Assembly: GCA_029246545.1 (NCBI GenBank)
Contig: JAQWMX010000015.1
Coordinates: 3,652 to 67,651 of the forward strand
Length of the DNA: 64,000 bases
Direction of reading: 5' to 3'
Source of the DNA: Gammaproteobacteria bacterium
Lineage (GTDB): Bacteria > Pseudomonadota > Gammaproteobacteria > Pseudomonadales > Pseudohongiellaceae
Under the pieces are notes generated by a model that was not told where the DNA came from, made no database searches, and saw nothing but the letters and a program-made list of their open reading frames with translations. The number at the start of each line of letters is the position of its first letter. Position 1 is the first letter of the stretch. The translations under genes were made by a program, and so were the position numbers. Below, piece after piece: positions 1 to 13,733 of the stretch.

Positions 1-1301
1 AGAATGAAATAAAAGAGTTACAAGAGCAAGTAACTTTGGAGCAAGAAAATATTGCTACGGCTAGAGTGAATTTGCAGGATGCTCTTGACCGCATGGCTAT
101 AGATACAGAGAAAAGAGAAGAGCTCTTACAAGAGCGGGGAAAAGTTCGCTCGACTCTAGAGCTTGCTCGCCAGAAAGCGACGCAAGATAAAGACAGCAGC
201 CATGAATTGACTGTTAAACATCAAACTCAACTGACCCAATTAACTTCTTTAAATACGGCTCTTGATCGTATCAGAACACAGGTTCAAAGTTATTTGAGTC
301 GGCAAGAGCAGATTCAAATTAATTTGAAACAAAGTGATGACCCAATACCTGCTTTGAAGCAAGAGTTAGAAGAAAAGCTGTCTTCTCGTGTCTCTATTGA
401 AAATGAAATGAACGAAGCAAAAGCTAAAGTTGACGAAGTTGAGCATGAACTAAGAGAATTAGAAAAAAGGCGAACAGAGGCTCAGGAAAACAGCCAAGGC
501 ATTAGAGACGAGCTGGCTACGAAACGTTTAAATATAGAAGGCTCTAGCGTAAAGCGTGAAGCTCTAGAACAGCAAATAGCGCAAGCATCGTATGATTTGG
601 AAGAAGTATTAGCCGAGTTACCTGAAGAGTTAACTGATGCAAGCTGTGAAGAAGAACTCGAAAAACTAGCTGCAAGAATTCAACGTCTTGGGCCGATTAA
701 CCTTGCGGCAATCGAAGAGTTCACAAGTCAGTCCGAACGTAAAACCTATTTAGATCAACAAAACGACGATTTAGAAAAAGCATTAAATACATTGCAAAAT
801 GCTATTCGGAAAATTGATCGTGAAACCAGAACTCGATTTAAAGAAACATTCGATAAAATAAATCAAGGTTTGCAAGAATTGTTTCCTAAAGTATTTGGTG
901 GCGGTCATGCCTACTTGGATATGGTTGGTGAAGATTTGTTAGATGCTGGTGTGGCCATCATGGCAAGGCCCCCTGGCAAACGTAACAGCACTATTCATCT
1001 TCTTTCTGGTGGTGAAAAAGCCATGACGGCTATAGCTCTCGTCTTTTCTATTTTTCATCTTAATCCGTCACCATTTTGCATGTTGGACGAGGTTGATGCC
1101 CCATTAGATGATGCTAATATTGGCCGCTATGCTAATTTGGTGAAAGAAATGTCGGGTCTGATTCAGTTTATATTTATCACGCATAACCGTTTAACCATGG
1201 AGTCTGCCAATCAATTAATGGGTGTCACCATGCAGGAGCCTGGAGTTTCAAGATTGGTCACTGTAGATATTGATGAAGCAGCAGAAATGGTTTCGATGTA
1301 A
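1..1301 (+). CDS. smc: Chromosome partition protein Smc, C-terminal ~430 aa (5' end outside the window)
   Basis: Reading frame is open from the window edge. Long E/K/Q/L-rich coiled coil, then ABC signature [13 protein letters not shown] and Walker B/D-loop [13 protein letters not shown]. Classic smc-zipA-ligA order. Confidence 0.92.
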   Translation, partial: NEIKELQEQVTLEQENIATARVNLQDALDRMAIDTEKREELLQERGKVRSTLELARQKATQDKDSSHELTVKHQTQLTQLTSLNTALDRIRTQVQSYLSRQEQIQINLKQSDDPIPALKQELEEKLSSRVSIENEMNEAKAKVDEVEHELRELEKRRTEAQENSQGIRDELATKRLNIEGSSVKREALEQQIAQASYDLEEVLAELPEELTDASCEEELEKLAARIQRLGPINLAAIEEFTSQSERKTYLDQQNDDLEKALNTLQNAIRKIDRETRTRFKETFDKINQGLQELFPKVFGGGHAYLDMVGEDLLDAGVAIMARPPGKRNSTIHLLSGGEKAMTAIALVFSIFHLNPSPFCMLDEVDAPLDDANIGRYANLVKEMSGLIQFIFITHNRLTMESANQLMGVTMQEPGVSRLVTVDIDEAAEMVSM

Positions 1302-1354
1302 CTTTAGATGTAACGATTGACGTAACTATTAATGTAACTTTTGATGTAACTAAG
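1295..1354. repeat. Five head-to-tail 12-bp repeats, conserved 8-mer core (G/A)A(T/C)GTAAC plus variable 4-nt spacer
   Basis: Read directly: GATGTAACttta GATGTAACgatt GACGTAACtatt AATGTAACtttt GATGTAACtaag. The first copy contains the smc stop codon (tcg atg TAA). Confidence 0.9.
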
Positions 1355-1430
1355 GTTTTAAGTACTTGTAAGCAGAATAAAATAGTCAGGTGTTTAAAAC
1401 TTTGTCAGAGATATTCGCTTAATGAAATCC

Positions 1431-1457
1431 AATAAGAATAAGAATAAGAATAAGAAT
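1431..1457. repeat. Hexanucleotide microsatellite (AATAAG)x4.5, just upstream of the zipA ribosome-binding site
   Basis: Read directly: aataag aataag aataag aataag aat, followed by ttttactcttGGAGataattcATG (zipA start). Confidence 0.9.
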
Positions 1458-1477
1458 TTTACTCTTGGAGATAATTC

Positions 1478-4695
<3,218 letters not shown>

Positions 4696-4758
4696 AGTAG
4701 TGGCTTGTAAGCTGTTATCTGCTTGTTCGTTTACTATTAACAACCGAGGAATGCAAAA

Positions 4759-5364
4759 ATGCGTCTAATTTTTGTTTTCATTTTTATTACATTTCTAAGT
4801 GCCTGTGTATCCCCTCAGCCTGAGAATACTGGGAATATCTGCAGTATGTTTGAAGATCGCCGAAGTTGGTATCGGGCGGCTAAAAAGACTGAAGATCGCT
4901 GGGGAGCACCAGTCTATGTCAGTATGGCAATCATTGAGCAAGAGTCCTCCTTTCAAGCTCGAGCTAAACCAGAAAGAACTAAATTATTATGGGTAATTCC
5001 ATGGAAACGACCATCTTCTGCCTATGGATATGCCCAAGTGCTGGATGCAACTTGGAACGACTACAAGGAAAATGCTGGGAACTGGGGAGCAAGTCGAGCT
5101 AACTTTTCGGATGCTATGGATTTCGTCGGTTGGTATAACAATAGCTCTAATCGCCAGAATAGTATTGCGCGTAATGACGCTTACAATCTCTATTTAGCCT
5201 ACCATGAAGGCAATGGTGGCTGGGCCAGGGGAACCTATAATAGTAAAGCTTGGTTAGTAGACGTAGCTCGCAATGTTCAGAATACTGCCAGTGTTTATCA
5301 AAATCAGTATCAAGTCTGTGAGCGTGAATTAGGCCGTAATTGGTTCATGAGGTTGTTCTTCTGA
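4759..5364 (+). CDS. Lipoprotein with lytic-transglycosylase-like (SLT-type) motif
   Basis: Signal peptide with lipobox FLSAC. AIIEQESSFQARAKP resembles the catalytic E-S motif of SLT-family transglycosylases. Family assignment is from memory. Confidence 0.6.
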   Translation: MRLIFVFIFITFLSACVSPQPENTGNICSMFEDRRSWYRAAKKTEDRWGAPVYVSMAIIEQESSFQARAKPERTKLLWVIPWKRPSSAYGYAQVLDATWNDYKENAGNWGASRANFSDAMDFVGWYNNSSNRQNSIARNDAYNLYLAYHEGNGGWARGTYNSKAWLVDVARNVQNTASVYQNQYQVCERELGRNWFMRLFF

Positions 5365-6170
5365 GTTGGTGGGGTAAAGTTTTCGGAGGAACCTTCGGGT
5401 TTATGCTAGGCGGCCCTTTAGGGGCCTTGTTGGGCGCCTCTCTGGGGCATAATTTCGATAAAGGCATGGGTCGCTTAGACGGTATGGGCGGCATAGGAAA
5501 TGCCGACCAGGAGACTATTCAGTCTGCTTTTTTTACCTCAACATTTTTCATGATGGGGCATATTTCCAAAGTTGATGGGCATGTATCTCATGATGAAATT
5601 CATGTTACTCAGCATGTTATGCGTCAGATGAATTTGAATGTGCAACAAAAGAAAGTTGCCATTAACTTATTCGAACAGGGGAAAAGCCGCAACATAGAAG
5701 TTAAAGAGGTCCTTGAGCAGTTTCGAAAGGAGTGTCATCGTCGTCGAAATTTGATGCAAATGTTTATAGAGATATTGGTGATGACTGCCCTAGCTGATGG
5801 GGCGTTACATAAGAGTGAAGAAAAGGCCCTATGGGAGACAGCTCAAACTCTAGGATTTACTCGCACAGACTTCCAACATATTCTGCAAAGAGGCCATGCG
5901 CAACAACACTATCAGCAGAATCGACGATCACAATCAAACCGCAGCTCAGATAAACCTAGGTTAAATTTAAAAGATGCTTACAAACTCTTGAGTATTTCTT
6001 CTTCTGCCAATGATCAGGAAGTGAAGAAGGCCTATCGTAAGCAAATGAATCAGCATCATCCTGACAAGTTGGTTTCGAAAGGTTTACCACAAGAAATGAT
6101 GGATATTGCTAATCAGAAAACCCAAGATATCAAAGCGGCTTATGAATTAATAAAGCAAACCAGAAGTTAA
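5340..6170 (+). CDS. djlA: Co-chaperone DjlA (membrane-anchored DnaJ-like protein)
   Basis: N-terminus WWGKVFGGTFGFMLGGPLGALLG resembles E. coli DjlA. TerB-like middle region. C-terminal J domain with HPD (AYRKQMNQHHPDKLVSKGLP). The exact start is uncertain; the ORF overlaps the upstream gene by 25 nt. Confidence 0.85.
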   Translation: MVHEVVLLSWWGKVFGGTFGFMLGGPLGALLGASLGHNFDKGMGRLDGMGGIGNADQETIQSAFFTSTFFMMGHISKVDGHVSHDEIHVTQHVMRQMNLNVQQKKVAINLFEQGKSRNIEVKEVLEQFRKECHRRRNLMQMFIEILVMTALADGALHKSEEKALWETAQTLGFTRTDFQHILQRGHAQQHYQQNRRSQSNRSSDKPRLNLKDAYKLLSISSSANDQEVKKAYRKQMNQHHPDKLVSKGLPQEMMDIANQKTQDIKAAYELIKQTRS

Positions 6171-6206
6171 TAGTTTGTTTAAGTAACCTTTATAACTAAC
6201 TGTTAT

Positions 6207-9149
6207 TTATAATTTATTTATTTCAAGCCTGAGATCTTCTAGTTCATTAGAGTGCTCTTTATTGCTAATTACGCCAACACTACGGTTTTCAGGTACAAGG
6301 TAGTTAGTTGCAACTTCTTGTAGCTTCGCAATATCTACTTCCAGAACCTGCTGTCTAAACTCAGCTCGATAACCTTTATCTCTGCCAAACAGCTCATTGT
6401 AATAGGCTTGTTTGGCTGTTCCAGCAGGTGATGCCGGCTTATCTAAAGTAGAAATAACACCTAAAATTGCTTCTTCTAATTGGCTTTGCTCATGGGGGTT
6501 TTCATGTAGCCATTGAATTGACTGCTCAAAATCATCAAGTGTCTCAGATAAGCGTGGGTCTCTATAAGAATAAAAGCGGAAGCTTGCAGAGCTAGAGTCT
6601 TGTGTAGCCCCGCCGCCATAGGCGCCACCTTGTTCTCTAATAGCGCCATGCAGATAGCCATTACGTAAGAAGCCACCAAGAACTGTAAGAGCTGCAGCAT
6701 CTTCATGTGCAGCAGGAACAGTTGGGTAAGCAGTCGCGCAAAAATTGACTTGAGTGTTAAAAAGCCAGGCAGTCTGGACATTTTCACGTACAACACCCAT
6801 ATCGAAGGGTTTAAGTTTATGGCTGCTGCTTGTTTCCTCCCAGAGCTCATCCAAATTATTTATTAAAATGCTTTTTTCATTTTCTTCTGCAACGCAAAGT
6901 AAGCGCTTATCGCCTTGAATAATTAATTCATGTAGAGCTTTTAATTTATTTGCATAAGAGGACAAAAGGGTTTCATCACTAAAACCTTTAACCATGTTTT
7001 TCAAATTTAAAATTCCTTGCATGCCTGAGTTTTCATAATTCAATGCGTCAATTGCACTCATTTTGCTGACTGCAACTCCCATTGCCAACACATGTCCTTG
7101 GCTAGTTACACTTTGCTCTTTATGGCTCGCAATTTGCTGTATGAGCTCTTTAATCCTGTCTAATTCATCGAAGCGACAGGACTCAATTGTATTCTTCAAA
7201 AGCTGAGCTAATTCACTTTGATTGCTATAAAGAGCTTTGCCAGAAAGTATCATATAGGCATCTATATTCTGTTCGTTTTCTAATTGATTACGCATGCTAA
7301 TATGTGCATGAACTCCTCCGCTTATCGAGGCCTGTAGAGCTTGAATATCGAGATAACTGGATGTACCGACTCCTAACTCAGGAATACAGCTACTATAAAG
7401 TGGTAATAAGCTTTTTAGTTCATCTGGTAAAGAGGGTAGTTGAATAATAATATCTTGATAACTTAAGCCGTTTGTCCCTTGTGGGTAAAAAGCCATCGGG
7501 ATCTTATTAATAGAACTCGTTTCAGCTTTAGGCCAATTTATTTCGGCAGGCACATCGTCAAGGTCTACTTTAGGCAAGATAGACATGTCATCAACATTTT
7601 GTTGACGTTCAATTAAGGCTTGAGCCTGGGATACTAGTTTTAATTTTTCACTGTCACTAAGCTTATTCTTTATATCTTCTAACTTTTTTCTTTCTTCATC
7701 TCGAGATTTCTTGGCTAATTGTGTGTCAGGGACTACAGTTAAAGTTACTCTATGCGGATTGTCGAGTAAGAAGTTTTTTATCAAGATTGGTAAGAAATCA
7801 GGGTCTAAAATTTCTTCTTTCAAGAGCTTTAAAACAGGGTCTATATTCAGTAATTCTATTGGGTCGCCTCGATGAGTCGCTGTTGAAAGTGAAGATAAAA
7901 TTAATTGCAGCCCATAGGGGTAACTGTCTCCTGTAATTTCTCTCTGATGTAACTCAAGGCTATGTAAAGCTGCCTCTACCATGCTTTGTTCAACACCTTC
8001 TTCTGCAATGGTTCGAAGAGTACTGAAAATTAATTCCTCAATGGCATCGGTATTTGCATCATCACAAGATTCAAGACCGCAGATGAAACTCATTTCACGG
8101 TGAGAATCTTCAAGGCCGCAAAGCGGAGATGGAGAGGAACCGAGGTCAGTAGTTTCTAATACTTTTAATAAAGGACTGGAGCTGTTATCAAGCAGCACTG
8201 CAGATAACAGTTGTGCTTTAAATAACTCTTCTAAGTTAGTATTTTTGCCTAACAACCATGAGACTAAAACATGACTTTTATCTTTTAAATCTTCTTCAGC
8301 TTCAGCGCTATCAAGAGGGTAATGTTCAATTACTTTTATTGGTTTTTTGTAGCGTTCTTCGTCGCCGACTTCAATATGCAAATCTAATTTACTGAACTGT
8401 TCCAGTGCTAGAGCTTCAAACTTTTCTTGATGTTCGCTAGCGGAGATATCACCATAGGTCATAAAGATGGCATTGCTGGGGTGGTAATGTGTTTTATAGA
8501 ATTTAACTAATTCTTCATAGCTTAAGTTTGGGATGTCTGCAGGGTCTCCACCACTATTGTAGTGATAGGTGGTTGTTGGATATAAATATTTACATAGGTG
8601 CTGCCAAATAATGCTGTTTTGAGAGCTCATTGCGCCTTTCATTTCGTTAAATACAACACCCTTGTATTCGAGCTCTGTTTCAGAATCGTTAGCTTCTGCA
8701 AATTCGAGGCGGTGCCCTTCCTGTGAGAAATCTAGGGGATCAAGCCGAGAAAAGAAAACTGCATCTAAATAAACTTCCAGCAAGTTATTAAAGTCTTTAC
8801 GATTTTGGCTAGCGAATGGGTAAGCGGTCCAATCGCTGCTGGTCATGGCATTCATGAATGTATTCATAGAACGCCGGATCATCATAAAGAAGGGGTCGCG
8901 GACGGGAAATTTTTTACTGCCGCATAGGGCAGTGTGTTCAAGAATATGAGCAACTCCAGTTGAATCCATTGGGACAGTGCGTAGAGCTACCATGAAGACA
9001 TTTTCTGGGTTGTCGCTTGCTAAGTGGAAATGTTTGGCACCAGTTACTTTGTGCTCATATTCTTCAATCCTGATGTTCAAAGTGTCAAGATGCTGGCTAC
9101 GAAGTTGAAGGAATGAAGAGTCTGCGATTTGGCTTATTTCTGACTGCAT
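6207..9149 (-). CDS. Zinc metallopeptidase, M16C (PreP/insulinase-like) family, 980 aa
   Basis: Inverted zinc motif HILEH near the N-terminus (GVAHILEHTALCGSKKFPVRDPF). The length and four-domain size are typical of presequence-protease-like M16C enzymes. Confidence 0.85.
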   Translation of the reverse strand: MQSEISQIADSSFLQLRSQHLDTLNIRIEEYEHKVTGAKHFHLASDNPENVFMVALRTVPMDSTGVAHILEHTALCGSKKFPVRDPFFMMIRRSMNTFMNAMTSSDWTAYPFASQNRKDFNNLLEVYLDAVFFSRLDPLDFSQEGHRLEFAEANDSETELEYKGVVFNEMKGAMSSQNSIIWQHLCKYLYPTTTYHYNSGGDPADIPNLSYEELVKFYKTHYHPSNAIFMTYGDISASEHQEKFEALALEQFSKLDLHIEVGDEERYKKPIKVIEHYPLDSAEAEEDLKDKSHVLVSWLLGKNTNLEELFKAQLLSAVLLDNSSSPLLKVLETTDLGSSPSPLCGLEDSHREMSFICGLESCDDANTDAIEELIFSTLRTIAEEGVEQSMVEAALHSLELHQREITGDSYPYGLQLILSSLSTATHRGDPIELLNIDPVLKLLKEEILDPDFLPILIKNFLLDNPHRVTLTVVPDTQLAKKSRDEERKKLEDIKNKLSDSEKLKLVSQAQALIERQQNVDDMSILPKVDLDDVPAEINWPKAETSSINKIPMAFYPQGTNGLSYQDIIIQLPSLPDELKSLLPLYSSCIPELGVGTSSYLDIQALQASISGGVHAHISMRNQLENEQNIDAYMILSGKALYSNQSELAQLLKNTIESCRFDELDRIKELIQQIASHKEQSVTSQGHVLAMGVAVSKMSAIDALNYENSGMQGILNLKNMVKGFSDETLLSSYANKLKALHELIIQGDKRLLCVAEENEKSILINNLDELWEETSSSHKLKPFDMGVVRENVQTAWLFNTQVNFCATAYPTVPAAHEDAAALTVLGGFLRNGYLHGAIREQGGAYGGGATQDSSSASFRFYSYRDPRLSETLDDFEQSIQWLHENPHEQSQLEEAILGVISTLDKPASPAGTAKQAYYNELFGRDKGYRAEFRQQVLEVDIAKLQEVATNYLVPENRSVGVISNKEHSNELEDLRLEINKL

Positions 9150-9233
9150 TAAAAAACTATCTCGGAATATTTCAAAGCGCTGATTCTAGCTTATCTAGCT
9201 TTAAAGGTCAGGAAATAGTGTGATTAATGAAGC

Positions 9234-10064
9234 TTATATTTGGGGAATTGATTCTGGCTTTTCTAGGCTTATTTTCCCTAGAGCGCTATTGCGGATGTCA
9301 TGTAGTAAAGCTTCACTAGCTTTATTGAAATCAACACCGCCTTTACGCAGGCAGCCTCGCTGTTTGCCTATAGCTTCTAATAAAACCGCTGCATCTAGAT
9401 TTACTTCTGATAGCTGATAGCGACTTTTTAAGCGCTCTGGATATTCATCTCGTAGAAAATCTAGGGCAAAAAGAGCTATATCTTCAAATTCGATGGCCGT
9501 ATTTTTAATAGCTCCAGTTACAGCAAGACGATAAGCTGAGTTCTGGTCTTCAATTTTGGGCCATAAGACTCCTGGCGTATCAATTAATTTTATAGAGTCA
9601 TCTAGGCTTATTTCATTTGAGGCCTTTGTTACTGCAGGCTCATTTCCTACTTTTGCTATTTTTCTGTCTGTTAAAATATTTAAAAATGTGGATTTTCCAA
9701 CATTAGGTATGCCAAGAATCATAATTCTTAGTATTTTGCCTGATTTTTTACCAGATATAGATTTAGCTTTTTTTAAAAGCTTTTTTATGTTTTCCGGTTG
9801 AGTCTTATCAAGTGCAAAACAGCTTATGCTTTTTTGTTTGTAGAATTCTAACCATAGATTTGTAGTGCTAGGGTCTGCTAAATCAGTTTTATTGAGAATT
9901 TTCAAACGAGCAATATCGCCTATGAGTGAGTTCAATAAAGGGTTTTCACTGGAATAGGGCAAGCGGGCGTCAACCAGTTCGATAACCAAGTCAACTTGCT
10001 GAAGTAATTTAATGATATCCTTTCGGGCCTTGTTCATATGACCGGGATACCAACCGATAGTCAT
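9234..10064 (-). CDS. ylqF: Ribosome biogenesis GTPase A (YlqF/RbgA), circularly permuted GTPase
   Basis: N-terminus WYPGHMNKARKDI. Permuted motif order NKTDL (G4), GIPNVGKST (G1), DTPG (G3). Confidence 0.85.
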   Translation of the reverse strand: MTIGWYPGHMNKARKDIIKLLQQVDLVIELVDARLPYSSENPLLNSLIGDIARLKILNKTDLADPSTTNLWLEFYKQKSISCFALDKTQPENIKKLLKKAKSISGKKSGKILRIMILGIPNVGKSTFLNILTDRKIAKVGNEPAVTKASNEISLDDSIKLIDTPGVLWPKIEDQNSAYRLAVTGAIKNTAIEFEDIALFALDFLRDEYPERLKSRYQLSEVNLDAAVLLEAIGKQRGCLRKGGVDFNKASEALLHDIRNSALGKISLEKPESIPQI

Positions 10065-10183
10065 GGCTGCACTCTGAAATGTAAAGTCGGGCTATTGTAA
10101 TTCAATTGTAGAGCTTTTTTAGATTTAATGTGGGCATGCTGAATGATAAGCAATCGAACCTTAGGTAAAGAGACACAGATAAA

Positions 10184-10492
10184 ATGAATGTAGAAGAAAA
10201 AATAAGTTCAAAACTAAAAGGCGCATTCGAGCCGATTCATTTGAAGCTTTTAAATGAGAGTCATATGCATGCTGGCACAGCAACGGAGTCGCATTTTAAT
10301 TTATTACTGGTAAGTCAGAGTTTTACTAACTTGAAAAAAGTGCAAAGGCATCAGGCAGTCTATAAGCTGCTTAGTGAAGAATTAGCAGGGCCTGTGCATG
10401 CTTTAGCTTTGCATTTATATAGTCCTGAGGAGTGGGCGGAAAGCGAGAATAAAATTATTAAATCACCAAATTGCGAAGGTAAAAATAATTAA
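10184..10492 (+). CDS. BolA-family protein
   Basis: 102 aa. LLNESHMHAG...HFNLLLVSQSFTNLKKVQRHQAVYKLL...VHALALHLYSPEEW matches the BolA fold signature. Confidence 0.75.
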   Translation: MNVEEKISSKLKGAFEPIHLKLLNESHMHAGTATESHFNLLLVSQSFTNLKKVQRHQAVYKLLSEELAGPVHALALHLYSPEEWAESENKIIKSPNCEGKNN

Positions 10493-10616
10493 ATAACAAT
10501 TAGTTATAGTCATATATTAAAGTATTATATCGGAATGAGCGGCTTGTGCAAGAGTGCAGATATGGTAAGATTTGCTGGTCTTAGTCTGGCTCTTACGAGA
10601 TACAAGGTATAGCACG

Positions 10617-11438
10617 ATGAAACAAGTCTCAAAAAGCTACCGCCCCCAGTTAAGTTACCTTTTATTTCTTTCTTTTCTATTTATCGCTGCTATAAATCTA
10701 CAAATTAAACGTGAACCTCTCAAGTTATTTGGTGATCCAGTAATAAATATCCCGGTATTACCATCGGATATTCCTGATTTTGCTTCAATACAGGATGTTT
10801 CAATAAAGAAAGCCAATTTTTTTGATTTCTTAAGTCCCTACATTGATACGGTTAACCAGCAAATTATAGTCCAGCGCCAACAATTAATTAGTTTTAGTGA
10901 AAACATGAACAGTGGTTCAGCGCTTGACCGCAATGAAATGAATTATTTATCAAGTTTACGTGTTGAATATGAGCTGGAAAATGAAGACCTGACTACAGGT
11001 GAATTAATTAATCGTTTGCTGAAAAGAGTAGATATCATTCCAAGTTCTTTGGCACTGGCGCAGGCTGCAAACGAATCTGCCTGGGGAACGTCACGCTTTG
11101 CCCGTGAGGGTAAGAATTTCTTTGGGCAATGGTGTTATACAGAAGGTTGCGGCATTATTCCTGCTAGACGGCTGGCTGGAGCTAATCATGAAGTGAGAAG
11201 TTTTGATAATGTATTTGATTCAGTTAAAGCATACATCATGAATCTAAACACTTTTCCAAATTATCAAAATTTGCGAGAGATCAGACAGCGAGTAAGGCAA
11301 AGTGGTAGAACCATCGATGGTATTAGCTTGTCAGAAGGGCTTGATACTTATTCGTCGCGCGGGGATGAGTATATTTTTGAACTGCAATCGATGATTTATT
11401 CTAATAACTTGCTAGAACTAGATCGTAGTGGTGTTTAA
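10617..11438 (+). CDS. Glucosaminidase-domain (Bax-like) peptidoglycan hydrolase with membrane anchor
   Basis: ALAQAANESAWGTSRFAREGKNFFGQW is the typical mannosyl-glycoprotein endo-beta-N-acetylglucosaminidase motif. The ATG at 10617 precedes a hydrophobic anchor. The tracked ORF extends to a TTG at 10572. Confidence 0.7.
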   Translation: MKQVSKSYRPQLSYLLFLSFLFIAAINLQIKREPLKLFGDPVINIPVLPSDIPDFASIQDVSIKKANFFDFLSPYIDTVNQQIIVQRQQLISFSENMNSGSALDRNEMNYLSSLRVEYELENEDLTTGELINRLLKRVDIIPSSLALAQAANESAWGTSRFAREGKNFFGQWCYTEGCGIIPARRLAGANHEVRSFDNVFDSVKAYIMNLNTFPNYQNLREIRQRVRQSGRTIDGISLSEGLDTYSSRGDEYIFELQSMIYSNNLLELDRSGV

Positions 11439-11450
11439 TAAAATAAATAG

Positions 11451-12548
11451 TCATTCTGGATTTGCTGGGTTAATCCAGGGAACAGAATACCAATAATACC
11501 TACCTTCAGGCCCAAGTGCTGTGCAGTTGTATCGAAAACGCCGCCCCTGATTTTCTATATGTGTAGTAATTCGAAAATGCATTGTTTCTTGATCTAACAA
11601 TTCTACATTAATAATTTCGCTATTATTAAAACAGCTGAGTTCATTTATTCTTGGGATGCTTCTACTGAAGTCAATTTCGGCAGAGGGTTTTTGCACAGCA
11701 GTTATAGGTGATGTAGGTGTAATACTGTCAAGATTAAATACCAAGCTTTTTACTTTATTGGGAAAAGTATTCATAGAGACAAAAGCTCCAGAAAAGGGAA
11801 ATCGCGGAAGCGCAGTAAAATCAGAATTAGCATTTATGGGGCCTGAGTGCTGAGCAAGACCTATGAACCCAAGCTCCTGAATTAAGGCCTGTATCCTTGG
11901 TTCATATTCACCATAGGGATAAGCCAATAAGCGATGACTTTGCCCGGTTTCTTGCAGGATTTTATCTTCAGCAAGGGATATTTCATTTCCTATGTTATTT
12001 AGCCAATCGTTAATAGAGTCTCCTTCATTTCTGTCAAGGAAATAGGGGTGATTAACAGTATGGTTTGCAATAGTGGCGCCAGCTTCGGCCATTTCTCTAA
12101 TTTGCTCCCATGTTGTATATAGCCGTTCATTTGATTCTAGTAAGCTGGTTGTTACAAAAATGGTAAATGGCCAATTTAATTCTTTCAATACAGGAAATGC
12201 CTCGGTGTAGACGGATAGGTAGGCATCATCAAAAGTAATAGCTGCAGTAAAATCTGCTAATTCTTCACCATTTTGTAGGCTTTGCAGTATTTGCTCTAAA
12301 GGCAGTATGTTGAAATTATTTTCAAATAAATAATCCATATGGAGATTAAAGTCTTCAGGCGTAATACTGGTAATAGATGGAGTGCTGCTAGAGACATGAT
12401 GGTACTGCAGTATTACAGCCTGAGCTCCGTTTGGCGTAATGTTTATTGGATCGGAAATTTGGGCATTAGTTAGTTGAGGAATAAAAAACGCAGAAAGAAT
12501 AAGAGCCCCTGCATAGAAAATATTCTTCTGGTATAAATTGTTCATCAC
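11451..12548 (-). CDS. Secreted polysaccharide deacetylase (NodB-homology domain) protein
   Basis: Signal peptide. NodB motifs ITFDDAY and HTVNHP. An additional C-terminal domain of about 100 aa. Confidence 0.7.
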   Translation of the reverse strand: MMNNLYQKNIFYAGALILSAFFIPQLTNAQISDPINITPNGAQAVILQYHHVSSSTPSITSITPEDFNLHMDYLFENNFNILPLEQILQSLQNGEELADFTAAITFDDAYLSVYTEAFPVLKELNWPFTIFVTTSLLESNERLYTTWEQIREMAEAGATIANHTVNHPYFLDRNEGDSINDWLNNIGNEISLAEDKILQETGQSHRLLAYPYGEYEPRIQALIQELGFIGLAQHSGPINANSDFTALPRFPFSGAFVSMNTFPNKVKSLVFNLDSITPTSPITAVQKPSAEIDFSRSIPRINELSCFNNSEIINVELLDQETMHFRITTHIENQGRRFRYNCTALGPEGRYYWYSVPWINPANPE

Positions 12549-12647
12549 GTCAGCTCTTTTGTCCCTTGTCTATCATGGCATTAACCTAGATAGGGAATTA
12601 TACTGTCGCTCTCAAAAATTGTCTTAATTTTAATTACAGAGATTAAT

Positions 12648-13508
12648 GTGAATACTGATTTTAGAAAAAACAACCTACGCATAAACCGTTTACATAAGAA
12701 TTTGCGTAGAGACTGCGGCCGAGCTATTGCTGATTTCGATATGATTGAAGAGGGTGATTTAGTGATGGTTTGTCTGTCTGGTGGGAAAGACTCCTATGTT
12801 ATGCTGGATATTCTCTTGAACCTTCAGAAACACGCGCCAATAGACTTTGCTATTCATGCAGTCAATCTAGATCAGAAGCAGCCCGGATTCCCTGAACATG
12901 TTCTGCCAGAATATTTAGAATCAATACAGGTGGATTACCACATAATTGAGCAGGACACTTATTCGGTGGTAGTTGAAAAAACAAGTGAAGGGAAAAGCTA
13001 CTGCGGTTTATGTTCTCGCCTACGACGAGGAAGCTTATATTCATATGCTGAAAAAATTGGTGCCACTAAAATAGCTTTAGGCCATCATCGTCACGATATA
13101 ATGGAAACACTATTTTTAAATATGTTTTTTGGTGGAAAGTTAAAATCTATGCCGCCGAAATTACTCAGTGATGATAAACGAAATATTGTTATTAGACCTT
13201 TAGCTTATTGCAAGGAAATTGATATCGCTGAGTTTGCTGAATATAAACAATTTCCCATAATCCCCTGTACTTTATGTGGTAATCAAGAAAATATGCAACG
13301 CCAGGAAATTAAAAAAATGTTAAATGATTGGGAAGTACAATTCCCCGGGCGTTTAGACGTATTATTTAAAAGTATTACTAATGTTGCGCCTTCACATTTA
13401 GCCGATACTAGTCTTTTTGATTTCAAAAATCTTGAGGTGGAGCGAAGGCAGTCTAAGTTTGTTAAGAAAAATACTAATGGAGTATTGAACGCGGTTAATC
13501 TTTTTTAA
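12648..13508 (+). CDS. ttcA: tRNA 2-thiocytidine(32) synthetase TtcA
   Basis: PP-loop [18 protein letters not shown] and C-terminal CTLCG cysteine motifs. Size 286 aa. Confidence 0.9.
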   Translation: MNTDFRKNNLRINRLHKNLRRDCGRAIADFDMIEEGDLVMVCLSGGKDSYVMLDILLNLQKHAPIDFAIHAVNLDQKQPGFPEHVLPEYLESIQVDYHIIEQDTYSVVVEKTSEGKSYCGLCSRLRRGSLYSYAEKIGATKIALGHHRHDIMETLFLNMFFGGKLKSMPPKLLSDDKRNIVIRPLAYCKEIDIAEFAEYKQFPIIPCTLCGNQENMQRQEIKKMLNDWEVQFPGRLDVLFKSITNVAPSHLADTSLFDFKNLEVERRQSKFVKKNTNGVLNAVNLF

Positions 13509-13511
13509 TCT

Positions 13512-13721
13512 GTGGAAATTCCATATACAGACCTGGAAAAAACTACCCTTAATGGTCTCATCGAAGAATTTGTTAGTCGGGAAGGTACCGACTATGGATC
13601 ACATATATATAGCCTAGAAGATAAAGTGTCACATGTAATGAAACAGTTGGGAAAGGGAGTTGTTTTTATAGATTATGACGCCGAAAGTAGTAGCTGCAAT
13701 ATTGTAAAAAGAGAGCCTTAA
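13512..13721 (+). CDS. yheU: YheU-family protein (UPF0270), function unknown
   Basis: 69 aa. IPYTDLEKTTLNGLIEEFVSREGTDYG closely resembles E. coli YheU ([27 protein letters not shown]). GTG start 4 nt after the ttcA stop. Confidence 0.75.
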   Translation: MEIPYTDLEKTTLNGLIEEFVSREGTDYGSHIYSLEDKVSHVMKQLGKGVVFIDYDAESSSCNIVKREP

Positions 13722-13733
13722 AGTAAAATTAAA

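Noticed and set aside
1295-1354. Possible CRISPR-like array, given the regular repeat spacing.
   Set aside because: The units are 12 bp with 4-nt 'spacers', far below CRISPR repeat and spacer sizes, and no cas genes are present in the window.
9185-9201. Tandem TCTAGCTT x2 (9-bp period) upstream of the M16 peptidase gene.
   Set aside because: There are only two short copies in a promoter-sized spacer. This is too little to distinguish from chance.
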